A stretch of 63,376 nt of DNA, the filler included, from Octopus bimaculoides (Eukaryota): the NCBI RefSeq assembly GCF_001194135.2. It is 4 parts of 4 records of this genome, joined end to end, with 100 filler letters (N's around TTAATTAATTAA, not from the genome) between each part and the next. Parts side by side here need not be neighbours in the genome. Positions count along the whole stretch, not along the records: positions 20,396 to 41,062 come from NC_068988.1; positions 41,163 to 48,343 come from NC_068985.1; positions 48,444 to 63,376 come from NC_068989.1; 1 more part is not named here. One strand, given 5' to 3'. This document shows positions 39,135-51,404 of the stretch, piece after piece (within the stretch, counting starts at the first letter, position 1; each line of letters starts with the position of its first letter). The position numbers and the translations under genes were made by a program. The notes under the pieces were generated by a model. The model did not search any database, was not told the origin of the DNA, and worked only from the letters and a program-made list of their open reading frames with translations.

Positions 39135-39310
39135 AAGGTGGCGAGCTGATATAATCGTTACTTCGCCGGAAGAAGTGCCGCTAAGCAATTCGTCCTGAGT
39201 TTACGTTCTGAGTTCAAATGCCACCGGGATCGAATTTGCCTTTTATCTTTTCGGGGTCAAGAAAATAAGTACCAGTGGGACATAGGGGTCAACGTAATCG
39301 ACTTATGCTC
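39135..39310 (+). mobile_element. SINE family A followed by (CT)n(TA)n
   Basis: AAGGTGGCGAGCTGATATAATCG...TTCTGAGTTCAAATGCCACCGGGATCGAATTTGCC. Confidence 0.8.
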
Positions 39311-39320
39311 TCTCTCTCTC

Positions 39321-39390
<70 letters not shown>

Positions 39391-39409
39391 TACATATATT
39401 CTTTTATTC

Positions 39410-40245
39410 TTTACTTGTTTTAGTCATTTGACTGTGGTCATGCTGGAGTACCACCATTAGTCGACCGAATCAACTCCAGGACTTATTCTATTCTTTGTAA
39501 GCCTAGTATCTATTCTATCGGTCCCTTTTGCCGTGCTGCTAGATTACGGGGACGTAAGCACACCAACATCGGTTGTCTAGCGGTGGTGGAAGGACAAACA
39601 CAGACACACAAACATATACATGTGTATTTTCTTTCAAATTTCTATTTTTATTTTCATTTGATTTTACCATATTATTAAGTTTAAATAAGGGCATATATAT
39701 NNNNNNNNNNNNNNNNNNNNNNNNNNNNNNNNNNNNNNNNNNNNNNNNNNNNNNNNNNNNNNNNNNNNNNNNNNNNNNNNNNNNNNNNNNNNNNNNNNNN
39801 NNNNNNNNATATATATATATATATACATATATACTTTTAAATATCTGGCGTTCTGTTGTCTTTCATTTATTTGTTCACTTCTGGGCTACGAAAGGTCTTT
39901 GTACATTTTTGTTGGTCCTAATCATTCATACTAGTGTGTAATTCCTGACGAAGAATCTAATTTGTATTTCATGAAAAGTCTTTGTCTTTGGAACTAATTA
40001 GACTCCGAAACAATTTGTAGAATGTATATTGGTTCGGTACCAACTTGGATTTGAATTGAATTAGAGGTTCGTCTACACTTATACGACGGGCTTGTTTTAG
40101 TTTCTCTCTACCAAATCCACTCACAAAGGCTTTGGTTGGCTCGAGGCTATAGTAGAAGACACTTGACTAAGGTGCCACGCAGTGGGACTCAACCTGGAAC
40201 CTTCTGGTTGGGAAGCAAGCTTCTTACCGCACAGTCATGCCTGCG
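39410..40245 (-). mobile_element. SINE family B split by a gap and a Penelope-like insert (~39840-40075)
   Basis: Tail half 39410-39620; head half 40080-40245 resumes at TATACGACGGGCTT, where the internal microsatellite normally ends. Confidence 0.75.
39941..40023 (+). ncRNA. Type I hammerhead ribozyme candidate (Penelope-type)
   Basis: Stem I ATTC/GAAT; CTGACGA 39945-39951; stem II GAATCTAAT/ATTAGACTC; GAAA 40007-40010; stem III ACA/TGT; GUA cleavage triplet ending 40019. Confidence 0.55.
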
Positions 40246-41162
40246 ATATACGTGCTCATATATATAAACATGTATTTTGTATTGATAGTGAACAATATGA
40301 TCTCTCCACTATCATACTTAGCATCACTTAACCCATACTCAAGCTCTCTCTTTCTCTCGTTCTTTCTCATTCTTTCTCGCTCTGTCTCTGCGTTTCTTAT
40401 TAACTACACTGTAGCCAACACAACTACGATGCTTGCGCTGAGTTATTTCCTGTAACATTTTAAAGGGAGGTAAAGAAGCGTTATTTCTCCACGCGAGCGG
40501 AAATTCATTTTGGCGATGTGGTAATGCCTATTTTTGAACCAGAGAACGATATATTCACACACACACAGAGCTTACACGTTTCCCCCGAGGCTATCAATAA
40601 TCCATAATAAATAAATCTTTTCTTTTACAAAAATAAAAAAATGAAGGGTGAAACATTAGCACTGATGTTCGTTCCGTTTCTTTTTACCAAGTTACACAGT
40701 CTATATACACCTACAGTATGAAAGAGTATGTCTGAAGAGTTGTTGCTTAGGTGCAACAGTCATAAATTCGCCCGTAATATTTTGACCAGCTTTATGCAAT
40801 AACCAGTTATATACATCCGGACGTCACATAAAACTTTAACCGCCAAGGTATGTGTATGTATGTACATACATGCATACATACACACATATAATTTTTTCCG
40901 CCTTGTACGGATAATAATACACACACACACACACACGCGCTTATTGTAGTCACACGGTGTCATCTGAGCACTTCAAGCACCAGTTTTATGTTTATTTTTG
41001 CTCTTCGGTTTAACGAAGTTATAAAATTATCCTCTTAAATGTATATATATATATATATATATNNNNNNNNNNNNNNNNNNNNNNNNNNNNNNNNNNNNNN
41101 NNNNNNTTAATTAATTAANNNNNNNNNNNNNNNNNNNNNNNNNNNNNNNNNNNNNNNNNNNN

Positions 41163-41179
41163 GATAGACAGACAGATAA

Positions 41180-41249
<70 letters not shown>

Positions 41250-41355
41250 GGATAGATACATACATACATACATACATACAGACAGACAGACAGACACACA
41301 TACACACACACGCTCACACACACCCACACACATGCACACACGCACACTCACACAC
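41163..41355. repeat. (GATA)n/(CATA)n/(GACA)n/(CA)n compound microsatellite; (TG)n at 41611-41750
   Basis: Direct reading. Confidence 0.95.
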
Positions 41356-41366
41356 TTCTATATATA

Positions 41367-41604
41367 TTGGGTTGGTGCATAATTATTGCGGCTTTTTTTT
41401 TCAACAAAATCAATAATAACGTGTAATAAAAACACATTTAAATGATAATTCTAGAGCATATTCCCCATCAGCTTCAATTACTGCTTCCCATTTGCTTGGC
41501 AGACGGTCAGATCATCACTTAAAGATATTTTTGTGAAATATTGTTATTGTCTTTGTTGAATAAAATTTGTTGAAAAAAAGCCGCAAAAATTATGCACAAA
41601 CCCA

Positions 41605-41605
<1 letters not shown>
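41367..41605 (-). mobile_element. Internally deleted mariner element
   Basis: TIRs TTGGGTTGGTGCATAATTATTGCGGCTTTTTTT / AAAAAAAGCCGCAAAAATTATGCACAAACCCAA; TA TSD; minus strand DRLPSKWEAVIEADGEYALE* is a mariner transposase C-terminus. Confidence 0.85.
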
Positions 41606-41697
<92 letters not shown>

Positions 41698-41989
41698 TGC
41701 GCGTGCGTGCGTGTGTGTGTGCGTGTGCGTGTGTATGTATGTATGTATGTTTGCATGTATTTATAATTATTATGAAGCATTGTGTAGAATATGTTGTATA
41801 AATGATCGTGGGTGGAGCCAGCAGAATGCGAAGTAAATGCAAGGCAAATCCCAAGAAAACAAATCCATGAATGAATGCAGACTTACTTTGCATTCAGTAT
41901 TTCAAGGTAATAACCCCCATTTTCAAGAAAATGATGAATGTTGCCGATGTGCGTGTGTGTGAGCATGTGTGGAGTGGACATGCGCGGAA

Positions 41990-42340
41990 AGGTGCTGCTA
42001 GAGAAACCATCTAGACTACTGTAACTCTCTTCCTTTGTTGATATTTCGTTTTCTTTGGTGTATGAGAATGGCTTCAGAGATTTTAAGTTTGCCCCTGTTC
42101 CGCTGTGTTGCTCTGATGTGCACTGTGAAATCCCAAGACTGGCATTTCCGTAGATGTTTCTTCACGGCAATGTCTGCCTTGCATGTGTTCCTTTATACGT
42201 ACATGCAGTTTTCTTACTGTACTTTCTATGTAGGATGCGCCACATTTTCCACAGTTGATCTCGTAGACAACATAAGTCTTCTGACACAATTGAGGGTTAT
42301 TGATGGGACAATTTGATATGTACACTCTTTGGAGTAGTGA
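41990..42340 (-). mobile_element. Penelope-like element GIY-YIG endonuclease remnant
   Basis: VVYEINCGKCGASYIESTVRKLHVRIKEH matches the PLE GIY-YIG signature (VVY.I.C..C...YIG.T.R.L..R..EH). Confidence 0.85.
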
Positions 42341-42738
42341 GAGGTATTGTTCTTGGGCAGAGATTTACATCTACTTTTTCATTTTCATTTACTTTTACTT
42401 TTCCTTACTTCGGTTCACCTTTACATTAACCACATTAATTAAAGCATTTTAAATGATCTTATCCTGTTCTGCCTTATTTTGTTTTCTCCTTCCTTTAATT
42501 TATACCCGCTAACTCGGAGGTTTGCTCGGGATCCCCAGCTCCAGCCTCCATTGTGAACTTGGATCCTAACGGATTACTAATTGCAGCACATAAGCAGCGT
42601 ACCTATTAATGGTTTAGATCATCAGTGGCTCAAATCTATCCTTGAGTAGACAAACGCAAAAGGGACACTAAACACGTTTATTTAGAGTTATATAGATGGA
42701 CCAAAACAGTTTGACTCAAACCCCTTCAACTGTTTTGA

Positions 42739-42780
<42 letters not shown>

Positions 42781-44489
42781 TATATATAGTCATTTCAAAT
42801 AAATGATCGATTCAAGTAAACGAATAAAATTAACGGACAACAAGCAACAAGAGAATGTGCACCAGGAATGTATTAGCATGACGCTCGTTGAAAAGACCGA
42901 GTTTGACTTTTCGTGCATAGCTTTTTATCAGAAAGGAGAAAGGGGAATGTCCATAGAAGGCAAAGAAATCTCCAACATCATGTAAAGTCATAAATGACAA
43001 AGAAACAGGTTGGTGAAATCTTATTTCACATGAGAAAATTCTAATATCACGGCAAATTGTTTCGTAACTTAAAAACATGTGAATAAATTACTAACATGCC
43101 TGCATTAATGCAAAATGCAAAGAAAAAAATATCTACTATTTAATACAAACTTTCTTCCACGTGACAACGTAGCTTAAATTCTGAATCATTAATGCAGGCA
43201 AGTAATTTATTCATTATTAAATATGATAATATAAATTATTTACATGTTTTTCAAGCTACGAAACAATTTGTTGTGATATCAGAATTTATTTATTATTACA
43301 TAAAATTTCATGAAACTATTTCTTTGTCACTTATGAATTTATACATTCCTCATCGTTCTCTCTTGAGTCGTACTATATATTCTATATGTTTTGTAGAATG
43401 ATACATTAACAAGCATTTTTTATGAGTACTACCGAATTACTCGAATCCATAATTTGTGACTTCAGTATATATATTCACACACGTACACACATACGAGAAT
43501 ATATATATATATATATATGGACAGAGAGAGAGAGAGAGANNNNNNNNNNGAGAGAGAGAGAGAGAGAGAGGGGGGGCAGAAACAAAGACAGATAGATACA
43601 AAGACTATTGCACACAATTCATTTTATGGCATGGAAGAAATGCACAGCACTAGCTAGGATATTGACGTTCTTACAAGCATTTATGGAACTATAATTATAT
43701 AAAGTTACAATCTTTTGATAGTTCTAATCCAAGAGCATCGCAACCTGTAAATACATAAATCATTTACAGGTTATAACTTTCAACTTATTATTTCGAAATG
43801 CAATTTTTAATAGCCGATTCCGGTGAGTTAATTTCAATTAAATGATAATGATTTACTGCATTAATTTGATTGTGTGACCAACGACCTTTTCACTCAAATA
43901 ACGTCTATGGATAAGTGGGTAAATGTACTTACTACCTGTAACTATATTCGATGTGCTAAGCTGAGAGTAGCACAGTAACAATTATCTTTTTATTAAGAAT
44001 GTGTAAAATCAGTGAAACGATCAATAATCAAATAAGTGACTATTTAATATATCATTTGTAGATGCCCAACTATGGAGGTCTTTTTCGTACTTCTTCAAAT
44101 CAAATTGCGCCGAAATTTTAGCGATAGTGCTTTCTAAAATGGCAAAATATCATAATTACACACTTTGGAAAATAACATGATTATATTATCTACGGTTATA
44201 TGAACATTCACGTATTACCGTTCTCAGTAATGTTATTATGGAAATGATTATCATCATTGTCATTTTCATAATCACCAACAGATTCAACTTCATGGATGTC
44301 ACAGTTATTAATTTCATCATCATCAGCGGCAGTGTAATTGACTTATAACGAAGTGCCATAGAAGTTAGAAATATTCCTGGATATAACTAGAGAACAGGTT
44401 ACTCAAATTTCAAGCAACAAATGATATGCTATATTTATACCCTGATATGATGTTTGCATACATTCACTTACTCCGACTATTTTGTTCTA

Positions 44490-44880
44490 TCATCTTGACG
44501 TTGATATAGCAAACACGAAGCATTCATAGATAATTGTCCATCCAGGTGACATGTCCTGCTCAGCGTAGCTGTATCTTCAGAGTTGATTTGATGCTAATAA
44601 CTTTCACCTGCTCTAAGACCTCGACGTTAATTGACAGAGTCATTCAACTGGATGCTGAAGATGATAAGAATACAGCGCACATGAAATCACTCAAGAATTG
44701 TAGTCGGTACCAATAGATAACATACAACTGTGAGCCCTACAAGAGGGTTGATAGGAATACCGGTTCTGTTTACACTGGTTTTGGTCCTTTTCTTAGTTAT
44801 TGTTCCAGATTCTTTTGCACCATACAGTGTAGTCTGTTCAATGCACTGACTACCTTGGTCATAAGTTATACTGCTTTCTA
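44490..44880 (-). mobile_element. RTE-clade LINE, RT C-terminal remnant
   Basis: Degenerate match to TK..VY.A.VL.TLLYG.E.W..Y...L..FH.RCLR.IL...W.D...N.EVL; the + strand shows the typical antisense TCPAQRSCIF read-through. Confidence 0.65.
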
Positions 44881-46369
44881 AGCCATATCGCGATTCTACA
44901 AAGCACAGTATATGTGGAAATATGGGTTAAACTGGTTCTATAAAACTTCAGGTATGACCCACCTTACTCTAATTTCAATATTGATACTCATTATATGCAC
45001 ATACTTAAACATCATGTGAAATTGATATTTCAGCTTACTAATTAATACATTAAACATGTAATTAAGACAACATTAAAATAGGTGAGCTCACGGCATTAAT
45101 TTTGACATCACAGAAAAATTAAATTTTTCAATTAACTCGTTATTTTTTACGTAGAAGACATCTCTATTGCGCCTCATTCATTCCTTCAAATTGTCATACG
45201 TTATATATATTTAAAACAATAATTATATCACTGTCGTCTAAAGTCTGGCTAGTACTGGTAAAGCTATTCTTCGTTTAGAAAGCCGATTAAGCCCGAAGCG
45301 AGTATAGAATATTACTAAATTAAGATAAACTCCTCATGTCGTGCGCCATATAATCTTTAATTACTATGCATTGTTTTATGTTATTATTTAAATTCCTAGA
45401 GTTGTTTCGTGTCTTTCTTAAAGATATTACACGTCCAGATAATTAAATTTCTCTTGCTAATAATGTCTATTATCAATTTAGATGATGCTTTGAATCAATG
45501 TTCTAATATGTTACCACCTCATTACATGTAAATGTAGTTTTTTGTATAAGTGTGCGCAATATATATGAGAAAGACCTCCGAAAACGTGGTCGTGGTTCGA
45601 GAAAATTCCTAGATTACTTTTTGCTACGCCTATGTTCGTGAATACCCTTTTCACTGTGACTCTCAGGATTACTATGAACAAGACACTAAGCTGCCGAAAT
45701 CATGTAAAACGCGGCACTGTTTTTTTACCAATATGAAATTAAATCATATAAGTCACACAACACATGTCATGTATTTTTTTTTTAAAGTTAAGGTCAACAT
45801 TCGATATGCAGACTTGAATTATGTAGACCTAAATAATTCACATCATAACTGAAATGCGTATGATAGGTTCAATCACGTTTTGAAAGATGTATAAAACAAT
45901 ATTGATACTTCAAACTTAAAATGTTAACATAAAAAAAAAATGCCCGTTTTGAGGTAACTGTTACAGAATTATGGAACCATGAACAGAGAAAAGCAGAATT
46001 ATTATTGGCGAAATATTGACTCGCAATGTGCAAGGAAATACTGAAATCCCCATAGGCAATCATGCGTATTCTCTCAAAAATTTATAATGCTAATACTGGA
46101 AATGATACGACCAGTATAAATACAGGAGTATAAAAATAAGCGTTTAAGATTAATATCATAGCCAGCAATTCTGCAAATGGGGAATTTGACAATTATACAC
46201 CGTCTTCATTTTATTATATGTTATTTAGTTTATTCGAGATTCCTCCTGATTGCTTCAAATTAGGCATTGTAACATCTAGGCTTTCGTGAAATTTCCATAA
46301 ATTCCGGTATCAATATGTGTGAGAGTGTGCGTGCGTTTGTGTGTGTGGGTGTGGGTGTGTTGTGTGTGA

Positions 46370-46419
<50 letters not shown>

Positions 46420-46996
46420 GCCAGTGACTGTGTGTGTTTGTGTGTCTGCGTATGTGTGTATATTTTCTTACATACAATGAAGACATAAATAGGCATTCAT
46501 TAATGCACACATTCCTCTTAATATCACCGATTTTGCTTGATTACACATTTATGTTTCTATTTCGCCGTCAACAGATATGTGTGTATTTCCTACAAAATTA
46601 CAAGTGATCATCAATTTCTTATACCTACAAACTAAACTATTGCGTTCCTCAAATCTAAATGTCTTTCTACTATCTGTGTAGCTTATATCTTAATGAATTG
46701 TACATCTGCTGCTTAGAAACCCTTAAGGATTATAAACTTTATTGTATTTATTCAGTGTATAATATATTCATTTTCCATAATAATATTTTCATTAAATTAT
46801 ATGCATGATCCCTGCTACAATATATATAAACAATATCAAACCTAAGGACAGAAAAGTGTGCAGCGGCGTCGAACTCCATCCTTCAGTAAAATCCAATCAC
46901 GTAAAATCGGCTATTGAAAAAGTGATTGCACTGGTGGTGCCCCAGCATGGCCACTGCCTGGGGCCAAAACATGTAAGAGAATAAAAGAAAATATAT

Positions 46997-47036
<40 letters not shown>

Positions 47037-47333
47037 NNNNNNNNNNNNNNNNNNNNNNNNNNNNNNNNNNNNNNNNNNNNNNNNNNNNNNNNNNNNNNNN
47101 NNNNNNNNNNNNNNNNNNNNNNNNNNNNNNNNNNNNNNNNNNNNNNNNNNNNNNNNNNNNNNNNNNNNNNNNNNNNNNNNNNNNNNNNNNNNNNNNNNNN
47201 NNNNNNNNNNNNNNNNNNNNNNNNNNNNNNNNNNNNNNNNNNNNNNNNNNNNNNNNNATGTATGTATATACACATACATATACATGCATACACACACACG
47301 CATATATATTTATATCCATATACATAAATACAT

Positions 47334-47509
47334 TGTTGTAATCCAATGTCGGACTGTTGTAACCTTCACTCCGATATAAAAGTATACTTAGTTAGACAAG
47401 TACGAACACGACTATTACCAACTTTGCTGAGTTCTCGACGACTCGACTTCCTACGTCGCAGTATTTGTAATGACTAGCACATATCAGTCGTCAAGTGGGA
47501 GAGCTGTTC

Positions 47510-47546
<37 letters not shown>

Positions 47547-47990
47547 GTTATTATTATTATTATTATCCCCATAACATCTCCCCCTTTTAAGTTTTTCTTT
47601 TGCTCAGGTTGTGCAATTTCATTTCTTTTTATTAATAATAATGTTTTACATCACCCCACCTACCTTTTTTCTTATACAGTTAAAATATGATATTTGTTCG
47701 TTTGGCATCCATTTCCCGGAACTCCGTATATTTTCTTTTTCTTTCTCTTCTGCGTCTAGGTTCAATTATTTGTAGTGGCGTTGGAATTTACAAAGTACCA
47801 TATAAACATTTCATTTGTTTTTCCATTCTCTTGGGTTCGCTTTCAACGTATCATTTTTTTTTAGTTGATTTATGTGCCTCTTATATACCCATTTTCTTCC
47901 TTTTACCAAGTACGGCATTTTTCGTATGTGTGGAGGAATTTAAACCATGTTTCGTGGTCTGCTACCACAACAGCTCCTTTATAGGATCCA
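47334..47990 (-). mobile_element. Gypsy LTR retrotransposon 3' end: integrase C-terminus, PPT and 243-bp 3' LTR (47334-47576)
   Basis: LTR termini TGTT...AACA; PPT AAAAGGGGGAGA (47577-47588, minus) abuts the LTR; VKGRKWVYKRHINQLKK and PRRRREKRKY...EMDAKRTKY-like tail. Confidence 0.75.
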
Positions 47991-48200
47991 GTTAGCTCAA
48001 GACATCATCAGGAGGAACCTCGTCCGGTTTCGGCCCCTACTCCTCTACGTTTTGACGTGACGGGGCCCCTCCTTTCGGAGGTGTATTCAGCTCTGGTGTT
48101 GGATGCATGTCTTCTTTCTTCTATTCCCAGGCCTCTTCGATGCAGCATCAACGAGTGTCAGCGTCCGACTGATCGTCATGTCAAATTCCCCTTTTTATAT

Positions 48201-48343
48201 CTGCTGCTAGGTTCCAGCAGGCAGCCCCAGCTAGTTGTCACGTGACACTGTCTAAATTTCCCGCTGCTAGGGTCCAGTAGGCAGCACCAGCAAGTTGTCG
48301 CATGATACTGTCTAAACTTCCCGCTGCTAGGCTCCAGCAAGTA
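48201..48343. repeat. 60-bp tandem repeat (2.4 units, cut by gap)
   Basis: Units start at 48201, 48261, 48321 (C.GCTGCTAGG.TCCAG.AGGCAGC.CCAGC.AGTTGTC...TGA.ACTGTCTAAA.TTC). Confidence 0.9.
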
Positions 48344-48443
48344 NNNNNNNNNNNNNNNNNNNNNNNNNNNNNNNNNNNNNNNNNNNNTTAATTAATTAAN
48401 NNNNNNNNNNNNNNNNNNNNNNNNNNNNNNNNNNNNNNNNNNN

Positions 48444-48760
48444 TACCTAGCTCAGATACCAGGAAACCCCAAAATGGCTGAAGTTCAAAAGATAGTGCTC
48501 ATGGGAACTGCCCATATCCTACGTAAAATACTGTCTATGTGATCTCAAATTTTAAAGCAAACACATAATTTTCTTATGGTTTCTTAAACATTCACTTGAA
48601 CAAAACTGTACAAATCCAAATATATGGTACCCTAGGCATAACACCTACATGAACTTCTAACTTGTTGTCTCTTGAGGTCTCTGGGTGAGACTTGGATCCA
48701 ACTTGTACAAATGCAAAACAAAAGTCAAACATAAAATAATAATAATATTATTAATAATAA
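48444..48760 (+). mobile_element. R4/Dong-clade LINE 3' end with (TAA)n tail
   Basis: YLAQIPGNPKMAEVQKIVLMGTAHILRKILSM* then a 3' UTR ending AAAATAATAATAAT. Confidence 0.85.
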
Positions 48761-48879
48761 CAATGGTGGTTATAGTAATCGCTATTGTCAGTACATTTTC
48801 CTGTTGTTGACGTACAGATACTGTCGTATCAGTAGCTTTTCTTTCATAGCCAATGTTACATTGAAATTCGACAAGAATG

Positions 48880-49095
48880 ACATGCAAATTATATTTCTAA
48901 ACAATTTAGAAAGATCCCGTGGTAAATACCACGGTAGAGGCTGCTTGTCAATTACATCGACTTCAGTGCACAAATGGTACTTAATTTATCGACCTCGTGT
49001 AGATAAAATGCAAAATCGACCTCGGTGATCTCAGAACGGGCGAAATGTTGCAAAGCAATTTGTCCGCGCGGTAACGATTCTGCCAACTCAATCGA
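48880..49095 (-). mobile_element. SINE family A
   Basis: GTACTTAATTTATCGACC...GCAAAATCGACCTCGG...TAACGATTCTGCCAACTC. Confidence 0.75.
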
Positions 49096-49609
49096 TAGAT
49101 ATTTTGGGACCTTACATGCAAAGAAAAATAAGCTATACATCCCTCTAATCCGGGCGAGTCTCACTCCGTCAGCTCAGATTGAGACACGCACTTCATGTAG
49201 CAAATCAATAAGTTTAGAGTAGCCCACTTTGAGGAGTCTCGCACTGGTTCCGTTAAGGCCAGGTACTTACCCACTAGTCATTTGACAAACAGCTTTGGTT
49301 ATTTTTTTTTCAAACTAGGGACGTTCACTGGCACTTTTTTGACAAGGTGCTGGTCTAAGTGAAGTCGACGTTGGATGAGCTGTTGAGAAGATCGTCTTCG
49401 TGCTCTTGGCAACAGTTTCTTATTTTGTTTGGTTTATCTAGTGACCTTGGCACTTCCTTTAACCACAATTGGATCATAGAGCACTTATGACCATATACAT
49501 TAGATAAAAGATTGTAATAAGTTCTTGAAACACGTGCATCCGCAGCTTTTTGAACTTCAGCTGATCTAGCGTTCCAACATGAGTTTTGTATTTTCCTTAG
49601 ACGCTTTTG

Positions 49610-49781
49610 CAGGGCCGTCTTACCAGCATTATCGGCCCCCTGCTGCATCAATTCACAGGACCTTATAATATCTACTTATTGAGAGAAAACCACAACATAC
49701 ACAGATCAGAATTGGGCCCCTAGACCCGTGAGGCACCCGAGTAACTGCATAGTATGCCCATCTTGTCCTAAGATGGTACTG
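49610..49781. mobile_element. hAT-type MITE (172 bp) inserted in the RTE
   Basis: TIRs CAGGGCCGTCTTA / TAAGATGGTACTG; 8-bp TSD CGCTTTTG (49602-49609) / CGCTTTTC (49782-49789). Confidence 0.8.
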
Positions 49782-50238
49782 CGCTTTTCGACAAGAGCCT
49801 TCATTGCTTTTACCTTCTTCAGAGATCCTGTCTGCACATGGCTAAAGGTGTTATTAAGAAAAGTCTTGTTTACTATTGTTTGTTTCTGCTCTAAAATATT
49901 TTTTATACTTCTTCTTCTTCGGTGTCATCGAAGCAGACTGCATTGTTGCTTTCTTTCTTCACATCCGAGTATTTCAAGTAAAATATTATAGAGTTTAGGT
50001 TTAGAGTCTAACCAAATGTTATTTTGATCTAGCGATGCGAGGATGTTGATTGCTTCCACAATCTGCTTTTGAGTAACACTTTCAAGTTTTAATATATTTC
50101 TACGTTTAGAACGGCAAGTGACTGAATGCCTATATTTGACTTTCAGAATCTTTTCTGTTTTCTGAGATCTTTTATTTTTAAATTGTTTGCATGCCTGTTT
50201 GTTTATGCATTATTTTGTCAGACAGAAAAACTTTTGAG

Positions 50239-51404
50239 TCTTTTCTGCTACTGTTACAGTTTTCGAAATTTTAAAATTAAGTGAAAATTTTGGGTTTATT
50301 GATGTAATTTTTTCACGCTGAATCTGATTTTGTTATTCACTTGTTCTGGAAAAATTTTCGAAAGATATTCACTAAAAATATGTTACTAATTGATTAACCT
50401 CAGGTTACCACACTGGTCAGACTGACCCTAAATGCCACCCTAAACCCTAATTCTAATCCTAAATCTCAACCCTAACCCTAAACCTTTAATCCTAATTCTA
50501 ACCCTAAATCTCAATTCTAAATCCTAACTCTAACAATAACCCTCAACCCAAAACACTAATTCAAATCCTAAACCCCAACTTTGACTCTGACTCTAACCTA
50601 AACCCAAATTCTAACCCTAAACTCCAAACCTAAATCCTAACCCTAAACCCTAATTTTAACTTTAAACCTCAACCCTAAACTCCAACTCTAACTGTAACCC
50701 TAAACTCTAGCTGTAACCATAAACCTCAGTCCTAAACCTTACCTCTAACCTTAACCCCTAGACCTTAGTTTTAATCCTAAATCTCAACCCTAAACTCTAA
50801 CCCTAACTCTGACTCTAAACCCTAATTCCAACCCTAAACATTAACTCTAACCCTAGTGTGTCTCAAACTTTCGTTTTTGAATTTTCACTACAAAAAATGT
50901 ATTAACTGTTTATATGACCTGAACTACAGTAGTATAACGTACAGATTTTTTTGTTTATTTTTGTTTTGGGTTTTGTTTCTTGTAATCTAACGCACACTTT
51001 GTTTTTTGCAATTTTTCGTAAAAAAGAATTTCATTGAAGAGTTTTCGTTTTTATATTGCCTGTTCCAAAGTTTCACATAACTTTATTAATTTAAACTTAT
51101 TAATATTTCAAAACTTATTAAAACTTTCATCATCTTAATATATTTATTTCATTTTGTTTGATAAACGTTTGTCGTCGTAATGTTGTGATAGACAGCTATC
51201 ATGCAGAAAATGCCAGCTTCCAAATCTTGTTTTCTGATTGAGTAAAAATGATCAAATTTTAAATCTCTAATATTTTTCTAAAACTTTTCTGGAACAAGTG
51301 AATAACAAAATCAGATTCAGCGTGGAAAATTCCATCAATATACAAAATTTGAAAATGTTCACTTAATTTTAAAAGTTCGATAACTGTGACAGCAACAGAA
51401 AAGA
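50239..51404. mobile_element. Non-autonomous DNA element with ~130-bp imperfect TIRs, inserted in the RTE
   Basis: 50239-~50370 is the reverse complement of ~51270-51404, including CACGCTGAATCTGATTTTGTTATTCACTTGTTC. Confidence 0.8.
50425..50855. repeat. Degenerate telomere-like (CCCTAA/CCCTAAA/CTCTAA)n array inside the TIR element
   Basis: Dozens of 6-7-nt CCCTAA variants over ~430 bp. Confidence 0.85.

Noticed and set aside
50425-50855. A true telomere or chromosome fusion site
   Set aside because: Highly degenerate, one orientation only, and enclosed by TIRs of a mobile element
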